A stretch of DNA of 62,082 nucleotides, counting the filler. It is 8 parts of 8 records of this genome, joined end to end, with 100 filler letters (N's around TTAATTAATTAA, not from the genome) between each part and the next. Parts side by side here need not be neighbours in the genome. Positions count along the whole stretch, not along the records: positions 1 to 15,227 come from SRR7504441_4629; 7 more parts are not named here. One strand, 5' to 3'. The notes under the pieces were generated by a model, which had not been told where the DNA came from, made no database searches, and saw nothing but the letters and a program-made list of their open reading frames with translations. Made by a program: the position numbers and the translations under genes. This document shows positions 1-10,164 of this stretch, one piece after another (the first letter of the stretch is position 1; every line of letters begins with the position of its first letter).

Positions 1-129
1 GCGTCGGCCCGGAGGTTGGGCCAACTACAGGTTGTCAGTTGCAAAAAAGGACCTCACGACTGATTATTGATGGCGATCATATCACCTGGCTGTGTGAGGG
101 CACAGCGCTGAGCTCCGGCGACACCGAGC

Positions 130-1743
130 ATGTCACGACTACCGGATGCTGAAGCAGTGGCAAGCAGCGTGCTGCACGCGTTCGCCAGGCTGCCGCGCAA
201 GGGCAAGCCCGCTCCGGCTGAGTGGACAGTGCTCGCTGGGATCGCGCTGTTGGCCCCCGGCGCCCCACCCCGGCCTGTGGCCATCGGGAGCGGCACCAAG
301 TGTCTCTCCGCGGAGAAAATGTCCGCAGCTGGCGAGGCGCTCAACGACTCGCACGCCGAGGTGGATGCGGGCCAACCAGCCGCCCCAGACGGCGACAGGT
401 GGTCTGCCGGCGAGCCTTTCGCAGGTTCCTGCTGGCTGAGCTTCGCAAGGGCGAGGCGAGTGCGGTGCTGCAGCCCGGGCCCGGTGAGGCAAGATCACCG
501 CACCAGCTGAGCCTGGGCAGGCCGGGCGGGGCTTGCCGACGGCATCTCGTTCCACATGTACGTGAGCGAGGTCAGCCCGCCGCCGCGGAGGTCAGCCCAC
601 CGGTCAGGCAGGTGCCGTGCGGCGAAGCCTCCCTGCAGTTGCACCAGCTGCAGTCCGACCCCAGCCCGCCCCAGCCTAAGCGGGCGCGCGGGCTGCCTGG
701 CGCGGCGCACCACCGGGTGGGGTCTCTGGCCACCAAACCTGGCAGGAACGGGACAAGCCGCTCGATGAGCTGCAGCGACAAGCTCTCCCGCTGGCGCGCA
801 CTCGGACTACAAGGGGCCGCGCTCTCGCTGTTGGTCGAGCCAGTTCACTTGAGCTCGATCAGCGTCTCAGCGGCCGGTGCTGGGCGCGCCTCTGTGGGCT
901 GAATCCAGGGCAGGGCCGGCTGAGCTGGTGGTGGCTGCAGTGGAGCGCGCGCTGGGCCGCGGGCAGGCTGAAACGAACGCGATCGCTGTGCGGCACTCGA
1001 GCCAGGTGTTTGAGCAGAGCAAGCCAGCCGTGGCAAGCAGGACGGTGCCGAGCTTTGAATTGATCGATCCGCTAGCAACTGGGAGCCTCACGGGCTGCGA
1101 TAGGCCAAACCGACAGTCTGTGGGAGCGCAGTCAACTGGTTCGAGGGCGGCGGGCCAGCAGAGGCCACTCTGGCAGCCACAGGTACGCCGCCGATTCTGC
1201 TCGTCGGCTGTTCTGTTCTTGGGTAGTAGCTAGCTGAGCAGTCGAGCCCAACGTTGAGGGTTGACCGAGCTGGCAGGCATGCTGCTCGGGAGCACAAATA
1301 AGACAGCCAGCCACAAGCGAAGATCCCGGCTGTGCAAGGCCCCATAAAGAGCTATCTCTAGCTCGTTTAATACAATGGTCAAAGATAGTGGCAAGGCTGA
1401 CCCTTTGCTGGCTGCAGGCGAGTCTGCTCAATGAGCTGGTGTCGGTTGCAATTGCGCTGGACAAGCCGATCGCTGAAGGTGTTGATAACCACAGCCTTAA
1501 CATCACCTGTCATGATTTGGCACCCCTGGGCTGGCTAACCTCGGGCTAGGAATGAGCTACCTCGAGATTAAAGCGAGTGCTGCCGAGTATCGAAAGCGCC
1601 GGAGGGCATTCTTGGAGGACAGTTGCTTTAGCGATTGGCTAGTAAATGAGGAGAAGTGGGACCAGATTGACACATGTGCAAGCAACGTCACATCCGCAGA
1701 GCCGCTCACAAGCTCAAATCCACACAATAGCAAGACTGACTGA
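130..1743 (+). CDS. ADAT1: tRNA-specific adenosine deaminase 1 (A37 deaminase), 9 exons
   Basis: Introns 361-398, 484-520, 571-611, 877-913, 1045-1103, 1183-1276, 1339-1417 (GC-AG) and 1479-1549 give one frame. It carries GTKCL, NDSHAEV, FHMYVSEVPCGEAS, TKPGR, SMSCSDKL, SRLCK and a Y..K...Y...F..W tail. No dsRBD, so ADAT1 rather than ADAR. Confidence 0.9.
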
Positions 1744-2202
1744 TCAACGCACCACACGAATAAAAGCGCTAGACTCACGAGATCTCAATGACGTTGCACG
1801 TGCATGATTGTATTACTCGATAGATGCACAGCTAGTCTATTGACAGTTACCTAGGTACTGACTGCTTGCATGCGCCACGTTGGTAACACGTTTGATATTG
1901 ATTGTTTGATACTAACTAACCAACCAGAAATATTCGAATTCTAGTTCGAATTCACTCACTAAAGGATTTGTGTGTATTTATGTGTACAGTGACTGTTAAA
2001 TACAGTCGAATTACAGTTCGGTGCTCAATTGCACCAACTCAATGCCCACTTATGATGCCCACTACTCTGCGTGATAGTTTCAGAAAGGACGTGGCGGGTG
2101 ATTCCCAGCCAGAAATTAATTGAGCGCATTAGACGACAAGACCACACAAAATCCTTGAGGATAAGATGCCCACTTGGTCGTCAGCACTCATTGATGAGCA
2201 CT

Positions 2203-5161
2203 CTAGCACTCAACATGGGGAGAGGTACTCTTCCAGCGTGGATTCCCTTCCTGTACAGGGCTATTGGCCAGGACATCTCCACCTACATGGGCATCCCCGT
2301 CAGACAGTGTTAAAATACTCTACAACACCTTGGGCCGATCGTTGGTGCCTGCCCCACTCTGGAGCGGGAACGGGAGCTTTAGGTTCGCCCTCATTGACGA
2401 TGGCTTCATCAGCTGCCCTTTGAGCCACTAGCTCTTTGTTTGTCTTGCGGCCTTGCTCACCAGCACCTCCGCGCTTGGCACCAGTTGCAACTGCTGTCTG
2501 CCACCACTCCCAAAATTCTTCAAATGAAATTTCCTCATCGAAATTCTTATCGAGAACAACAAACGCGCTGTTCAAGACATCTGAATCAGCCTGGATTCCG
2601 AGCAGCTCGAACACAGTCCGGAGCTCTGTAAGCTCAATCTTTCCACTCCTATTCTTATCACATCTGTCCAATACCAGATTAGTACCGACCAGACTCAGAT
2701 GACTCACTCCTTGAAAAACAGCTCAGCAGTCGTTTGATCAATAAGTGCTGGCGATCTGACCGCAGCAGCTCTGAGGGTCTCCTCAGGCGAAACTGGACCA
2801 GCAGAGCATCAGCGTCGCTGCAAAGAGCTGGGGTGAGAGTGCACCTTTGTTAGTGATCCGCTGTGCAACTTTGGCGCTGACCGCTGCGGTGCTTGGAGCC
2901 TTCTCATTTGCAAGAATGTTGTCGACAAACTCATAGTAGCTGGACCACACAGGAGTCAGTCAGAGTAGCAAGTCTAGCTGAGCTTTCCCACCCGAGGGAA
3001 CCACCACGATCATCGTCATTTGGATCGATTTTTGCTGTTCGTTTTCTTGAGCGGGTTGGGCGCCCTGGCACCGGTGTCTGTCACTAGCGTTCGGGCTGGG
3101 GTGCACAGACCTGGCATAGAAGTCATTGGCATTGAACGTGGCTTCCATTTCGAGCCGCTCGCGCGGCGCCTTCTTATGATTAGCCGCCTGCCCGTCACTG
3201 CTCGACACAGCGGCTGTCGGGGAGCCTCCCAAAGTCGTTAAACTAAACAAAAACAATGGCTAAACCAGCTAGAGTTGACCTGATAGGCACCTTCATGACC
3301 ACACTTAAGCCGCTCAAAACACTCGACACAGAGCTGGAGCTCGATAGACATAAACTTGGGGTCCTGATGGCAGTGGACCAATGAGACATGGCAGCGGGAT
3401 TTAGAGGGGAGCATGCCTTGAGAAGTTCTCGGAAAGCAGCAACAGTGACTTTGGGGAACAAGTTAAGCACTTCGGGTGGCACAATGGCAGCTGTCAACTT
3501 CTCACGTTCACCATCGTCTGCCTGGAGTGCCCCCCCAGCAGTCAGAGCGTATTTCTCAGCCGTGTAGCAGTACCTGACTTAGCAACTCTTCTGTTGCATC
3601 AAACATATTGTCGTCAAGCGCCGTAAACTTTGCATGTTGCTCGATCAACTCCAACATTGTAAGCCCAAACCTAGTGAGCAGATTTAGTTTGCTTGAACAG
3701 TTATTGGAGCAATCAGAGCATTGCAAGTACCGAGAGTTCTTTATCACTGGCTTGTGGCACGAGGGGCACATTACTGACAGTTCACGCTGCATTGAGCGGT
3801 ACATAAATGGAACTTCTGTGTTAGGCTGTGCTGGCTCTAACCTGACAGCACACCAGTCATGTGATGGCACCAAGAAGATCACGCTACCTGTTATGCAAGT
3901 CGACGGGAACAGGCGGTGAAAGATCAACTGGGTTCATCTGGTCTAAAAGCCGCAGCGAGCTGCACCTGCATGCCCGAACCCTGTGAGATAGCTGAAAGGA
4001 AGAATTTAGCTCACCAGAGGAGCACCAAGGAGCCGTTTGCTGCCTCAGCAAAGTTGAGCACAAGCCGAGTGACTGAAACTGGTGGAGTAGAGACCTAGGG
4101 GTAGTACAAATCAGATCCTTTAAGTAGCTACCACAATATACCTTGCTGATATGTTGGGCTACTCTGTGGCACAAGTGCTCATATTGAGCAACCACAGCTG
4201 GGCCGTGCACTGCCACAGCTGTCACCTGGCACATCTTGTGAGTAAGCAGTGAGCAAGCATTGTCGTGTGGGAGGAGCGGGGCGCGGCCGTTACCTGGTGT
4301 GGGGCTCCATCCACTGTGAGCACTCGGAGGCTGTCAGCAGAACACATTAAATCCACTCAAGCCCAGACAGCGCGCCTCGGAGGAACTTGGCGATCTTGGA
4401 ACCGCTGATTGCAGACAAACTTTTCTAACAGGCACATCTGCAGCCCCACACTTGAGCTGATTAGCAACCAGAGGTACCTGTGGCGACCACACTGCTTGGA
4501 CTATTGAGTACTTGTCGCCACGAGGAGGGACAAACCGCTGGAGGATTGCTTCACTTGGCTTGTCCTGCAAAGGCTCAGCAATAGTGCACGGCTGTCGCTA
4601 TGCACCTCACGGCTCAACAGGCAGTCTAGCTCTGCTGCATCCAAATATCTAGCCCAGAATGTTAGCTAGCTCCACACTGAGCTCAGGTGTACTGAATCTG
4701 GAGCCGGTCTTTTGGGCCAGGTGTGAGCTGGAGAGCTATCACATCCCCTGGAGCACTACCCCGAGAGAAAGCCAGCATTATCTCCTGCGACCAGCTATGT
4801 CATCCTAGCGGCGCTGCTTAGTGCTCACTCTGCTTGTATGTCGCTTCCTGTGCCGTTTTTTGATGCAGCCATCAGCAGCAGTGAAGAACCTGAGAGCTCG
4901 GCTCAGCCGTTATGGGCTAGCGGCAGGTAGAGATACCAGCTGTGGATCTGTGAGTAGCGGAACACGATCGTATCTGGTAGCCGCAGCCAAGGCCCCGTTC
5001 TGCGCCACGATCAGCGGGCTGTGGGCTACTCATCTCTAGGCTACGGTGCTTGTCAAGGATGACGGGGAGGGCTGTTACTTGGGTGCTGGCTTGGACCACA
5101 GACAGCTGTAGATCTGGTCGATATACCCGTCGCCCGACTGCACTGTATCCAGCCCCACCAT
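2203..5161 (-). CDS. Large multi-exon uncharacterised protein with a CPSC motif and a C-terminal EF-hand pair
   Basis: Exons read MVGLDTVQSGDGYIDQIYSCLW, LPDTIVF, AILQRFVPPRGDKYSIVQAVWSPQ, MCPSCHK...CSDC, then EF-hands DKNRSGKIELTE and DKNFDEEISFEEF. Exon boundaries are only partly traced and the ends are approximate. Confidence 0.65.
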
Positions 5162-5288
5162 CGTTCACCGTCGGTATTGCGCTGCGGTAGTATGTGCGCG
5201 GTATTCCTGGAGATCACTCACACCGGCCGTTTTCTGCCGGCTTGCCAGTGAGTGGGAGCCACAGGGAGGCACCGGCTCCGCACCCGTC

Positions 5289-6291
5289 ATGGGGAACATG
5301 GTATGCTACACGGACGACGAGCACGTGGCGGAAGGCCAGTCGCCGGAGGAGTACGCCGAGTGGGAGCAGGCCTCCGCCAAGGTGCCGGCCTGACCACCCC
5401 CGCGCCAACCGCCGGCAGCGGCACGAGGCGATGGAGCAGAAGCGCCGGGACGCCGAGGCACGGTGAGCCTCCCCCACCGGCAGGCGCTCACCCGCGGGCA
5501 GCCGGCAGCGGCAGGCTGAGGCCAAGGTGCCCGGGGGGCGGCCGGGGCCGCAGGCGGGGGCACAGGCAGCCAGGGAGGCCGAGGAAGCCCGGGTGCGGGA
5601 GCAGGAGGAGGCCAAGGTCGGGCGGCGGCAGAGGCGGCATGGGCCGAGGCCCGGGGCAGGCGCGGGCGGCAGCAGAGGCGGCGGAGGCGGCGGAGCGGGA
5701 GAGGATAGCTCAGGAGGAGCAGAAAGCGGCCCGGGTTGAGGTGGTCGGATCGCTGGCGGCAGAGCGAGAGCGGCGGACAGGAGGAGCTGGACGGGCAGGC
5801 GGCGGAGGAGCTGGAGACACTCAAGGGCACACCTGCCAACTTCAGCAGGGAGGAACTGGCTGCGATGCAGATCGAAGAATTGATAGACCTGTGCACCCCC
5901 GGAGCGGGCGGGGCTGAGCGGGGGCAGGGTGGCGAGCACGGGGGCGATGCCGCGGAGCCAGATTGTAGACTTGCAGGCCAAGGGCTCGCTTAAGAAGCAG
6001 ACGCTGATGGGCCTGGCCAAGAGCGCATCGCCCTGGACTAAAGCTCACTCGCACTACAAGGGCCGGATTGCCAAGCTCATGCACAAGGCCGAGGCCGAGC
6101 TGCTCGAGTGCAGCGACCAGGTGCTGGCCAAGGTGCTCGGACTGGACCAGCCAGAGGAGCGCGACCTGCTCGAGAAGAAGCTGAACAAAAAGGTGTGCGC
6201 CCGCTGGGCTCGGCTGTTAGGTTGTTGCGCGCAGATGCTTGTCTGGCAGCAGGAGAAGATGGCTCTAGGTCATCACGACAATTTCAAGTGA
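5289..6291 (+). CDS. Ala/Glu/Arg-rich coiled-coil protein with N-terminal MGNMVC acylation motif, 7 exons
   Basis: GT-AG introns 5382-5418, 5463-5501, 5527-5565, 5617-5659, 5891-5927 and 6193-6234 join the ORF pieces into one frame ending HHDNFK-TGA. Confidence 0.75.
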
Positions 6292-6453
6292 ACCCGCCTA
6301 TTACATAAGTTCTCTGGTCAGATAGGCCACTAGACGCTATCAATGCATATGCATCTACAATGTATGCACACAAATATGTAACTTTAGTACAATTTAAGTA
6401 CAATAATGTATTAACGATACTGGTAATACTCGTACATGTACCGAGTATTCGCT

Positions 6454-9400
6454 TTAAAACTTGAACTTCTTCTTCTTGGCCGCCTGTCACAACCGGGCTC
6501 AACTGATCGTTAGGTGCGGCGACTAGCCTGCTTGGCCGCCTTCTGCTCAGCCCCGCCTAGTGCACCCTCCGCTTCAGCCAGCTCAGCTTTCGATTGGTGC
6601 ATGATTGCCAGGGCCTGGCCACAGCCAACCGATCAACAATCAATCATTCGGCGGCCGGGTGCCTGCTGAGCTATGTATGGGTCTGAGACCCGATTGCGTT
6701 CATAGGATCTGCATAGGAACCAACTCAGCGGCGACAGGAGGAGACAAGCGAGCTACCGCTCGGCGTCCTTCATCCTCCGCCTGAGGAATGAAATCTTGGA
6801 CCTAACAGAGAGCTCTCAACCATTCGACCGACCGAACAGACCGATTCTGGCCGACAGTGTTGGCCAGCTGAGAGATGTTCTCCTGCTTTTTCTTGGCTGG
6901 AGGCTCACCCTGCGGCCGGGATTCAATTTGCCCAAGCCGAAGGCAATGCCTCCTCAGCCGGGGCTGCGGGCTCGGTGGTGACCTGCCCTCCCAGCTAACC
7001 AGCAGCCAAGCTGACAGTCACCAGTGTGGCCTGTTCCCTCGTTTTGTTCAGGTTGGCCAACGTGGGAGGAAGCGTCGAGCCTGCGGTCGGGTGAGCGGTC
7101 CTCCCAACCGCGTGCCTGTGGTGATATCGTTCATCAGCCCGAAAGCCTCCTGCCAAGCCCCGTCCGGCTGGTTGCGCTGCTTCTTCTGATCCTCCCTGCC
7201 CAGCTCCGGTCGGACCAGCTAAAACCAGCCGGCCACTTTGCTTTTCGCTTGGCCTCACGCATCGCCAGGAACTTCTCATTCTCCTGAGTCCGACCGTCAG
7301 CCGCACCCAATCTACCCGCTCGCCTGCTTGACGATGTTCTTTATCTTGGCCGAGCTGCGCCCTACCGTCGGCCCACGGCCCGAGCCAGGCACACCGGATC
7401 AGATCAAGACCCACCCCGTGCTTGAACCTGACCGCCTGCCGCCGGCTGAGCGGCTCGAGAGGCCAGCCTTGCCTGTATGGGTTCAGCCAGTCCGTCGCCC
7501 TTGGGCCCGAGCCCAGTCCCCGGCACGTAGCCCATCGCAGTCATAAGCTTGGTCCCAATCGCCTTGGTGTGCCGCTCCCACCCGCAAAACTCGGCAGCTT
7601 GGCCTTTGTGCTCGTCACTGCTCGCCGCTCCTGCAGCCAGCATATCAGGCCCCCTGCAGCGGCCACAGCTTGCCTGTGACGCGCTCATAGTTCTGGAAGA
7701 ACCTCTCGAGCATGTCGCCCAGCCGCTGCTCGTCCAGCTCCTCCCTGCGCCCGCTCGCAGCCGCCTGTCTCCCCGCTCGCCTGTCTTCCCACAGTTCGTG
7801 CCAAGACTCCTCCATGTCCGCGCCCTCGTCCGCTTGGCTCGGGAGCACCTGACCACCGCCTCCTGCCCGAGCTGCACAAGCCGCACCCCGTCATTCCGCT
7901 GCACCTCGGCGGCCACTCTGTCCTGGGCAGTGCAGCTAGCTTCGAGCGTGTCCAGCTTGGCCTGGACCCTCTTGAGCTCCTGGTGCAGCTCCAGATTGCC
8001 AGGCTCGAGCTCGACCTGGCTCGACTCAGCCCCACCCGCCCACAGGCAAGCCGCCTGCCATCTGCTCGCCGAGAGCTCGTCCCGGAGCTCCTTGAGCTTC
8101 TTCTTGGCCCGCCAGTCGTAAGACCACACGCACCGGCCCCACCTGCCCCCATTCAGCCCCACCAGCCCGCCTGTGGCTAGACTTTGAACGTTCGCGCTGC
8201 TGCCGGCGGAGCTTCCTCCTGTGCTCGACTTCCGCGGACGGCACCACTCTGATCGAGTCATTCACCCCGCGTGGCTTGCTCCAGCTGGGCCCGCGCTCAG
8301 GCCAGCTCAGTCAGCCGGACCTTGTCTGCTCGGCCCCACCCACTTGTTTATAGTAGAAGCTCCCTACGGGGTGCCCAGGCTCCTCACGACCTCGTTCCAC
8401 CTTGTACTCCAGCCACAGCTCCGGCTCCGGCGCCGCAGCCACCCGCGCCCAGTCCTGCCCCCGGCTGCCGCCCAGCCCCGCGGCCGGGCACCTGGCGGGC
8501 GGCCGGCACACTCACCCAACTCGAGCCGGCGGCCTCGGCAGGCTGGTGGCTCACGGGCGCTGCGGGCAGCTCCTGGCTGGTGCTCTGCGGCTGCTGCTGC
8601 TGCTGCCGCTGCATTAGCCGCTGGTGCTGCTCCTGCGCCGGGCTGGCGGCCGGGGTTGGGCCGGGTCTAACCTTGGTCGGCCGCTTGCGCTGCCTTAGCC
8701 CGGTCGGCTTGAACAGATAAGAGACCTCGTTCGCACGCGAGGAGCTCTCCACCTCCTCCCAGCCATCCGGCAGCGGATCCTCCTCCGGCTCGGTCCGGCG
8801 GCTCTCGTTGGTTCCCGAATGCCGCCAGTACCTGCACCCGCTGAGCTCTCATCTCCGGCGCAGGCAGGACCGCTCCCCGTTCAGCGCAGTGCACTGGCGC
8901 CATTGGCCGGGGGTCTCGGTCAGCTCCAGGATGTCGGTTGCCGGCACGAGCAGCGCCAGCCCGGGGTCTAGCACGGCGTACGTGCCGGTCTTGCAGTGAT
9001 AGTAGCTCTTACCCTGAGGGTGGTACAGCCACTGCCTGTCCGGACGCGCGTACCAGCTGCCCGCGCTCAGCCCGCCCGGCCGGCCCGGCACCCGCTCCCG
9101 TCGTCGCACGGCTCGTACGCATCCAAGTCGCCGGGATCCATCGGCTCCGGCTCCGGCGCTGGCCGCTTCTCCCGCCGGGCCGGCTCGCGGGCCCCCAGAC
9201 CGGACCGGCCCCGAGAGGCGGCCGCGGACATCTTTTGGTGGAGCTGCTCCTGCCCCGGGCTGTCTGGCTGGGGCCGGGGGGTGGGGCTGCCTGCCAGGCC
9301 TCGGAGCCTTGCTCGGGCTGGTCAAGCAGCTCCAGCGTGCTCGGCTGCTTGGACTGCTTGGGCTTGTCCCGGCGGGGCTGCTTGTTCTTGTACGGGCGCT

Positions 9401-9644
9401 GGCCGGGGGTCGGGCGGCCGGGCTGGGGGCGGGACACCTTCCAGGTGGTCTGGCCGGTGAACTTGTTGTGGTAGTAGGTCTTGCCGCTGGCGGGGTCGGT
9501 GAGCTCCTCCCACTGCTTGGTCCCAGGTGGCGGCGGGGGCGGGGGCGGGTCCGGCAGGCTCCAGCTGGTCGCATTCGTCTTGCTGTTCAGGTAGTACGGC
9601 CGCCCGTCCGGCGCCGTCAGCTGCACCCAGTCCGCCGGCAGCAT
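6454..9644 (-). CDS. Multi-WW / OCRE-like / G-patch protein with ZGPAT-like C-terminus (about 23 introns)
   Basis: WW repeats (LPADWVQLTAPDGRPYYLNSKTNATSW; QWEELTDPASGKTYYHNKFTGQTTW; further degenerate copies). OCRE-like WYARPDRQWLYHPQGKSYYHCKTGTY. G-patch FCGWERHTKAIGTKLMTAMGYVPGTGLGPKGDGLAEPIQ|AVRFKHGVGLD. Coiled-coil tail ending KKKKFKF-TAA. Confidence 0.75.
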
Positions 9645-10164
9645 CGGGTCAGGTTGGACCACACTCGGCAGGCCACAGACCCGAGACCAACCAACGGAAG
9701 GGGTCCTGATTCCCGAAGCGGCGGGCGGTTGTTCTAGCAAAGGTTGTGCTTGTTGGCCAGCCTCCTTATACTCGACGAGCTTGACACGCGAGCTATCGAC
9801 GATCCTTGGACGAACCATGCGACCATGCACAATCCGCACAATCATGCGACGAACGGCATCGCGGCACATCTCGCACATCTTCGGGGAGATCTGAATCATA
9901 TGTCGAGCCATGGCGGAACTCGGGGCGGCACTCTAGCGGCACTCCAGGTCGGCCGGATGTCAAATACATCTTCCCAAGGCCAAGAGCCGAGACCACGTCT
10001 TGATATCGACGTATCGATCGCGTTCCAGCCCCTTCGATCGCCGCGATCGCGTTCCAGCCTCATCAGCACGTCACTCATCAGCAGAGCGGGAAGCTTGGCT
10101 CCAGGGATTCAAACAGCTCCACGGCGAGGCGGTGCCTGCTCCAGCTCGAGGTCGGCCTGCGAGG

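Noticed and set aside
9645-9911. N-terminal extension of ORF 9009-9911 upstream of the first WW domain
   Set aside because: It runs through the duplication-rich spacer and looks non-coding. ATG 9644 starts exactly at the WW domain.
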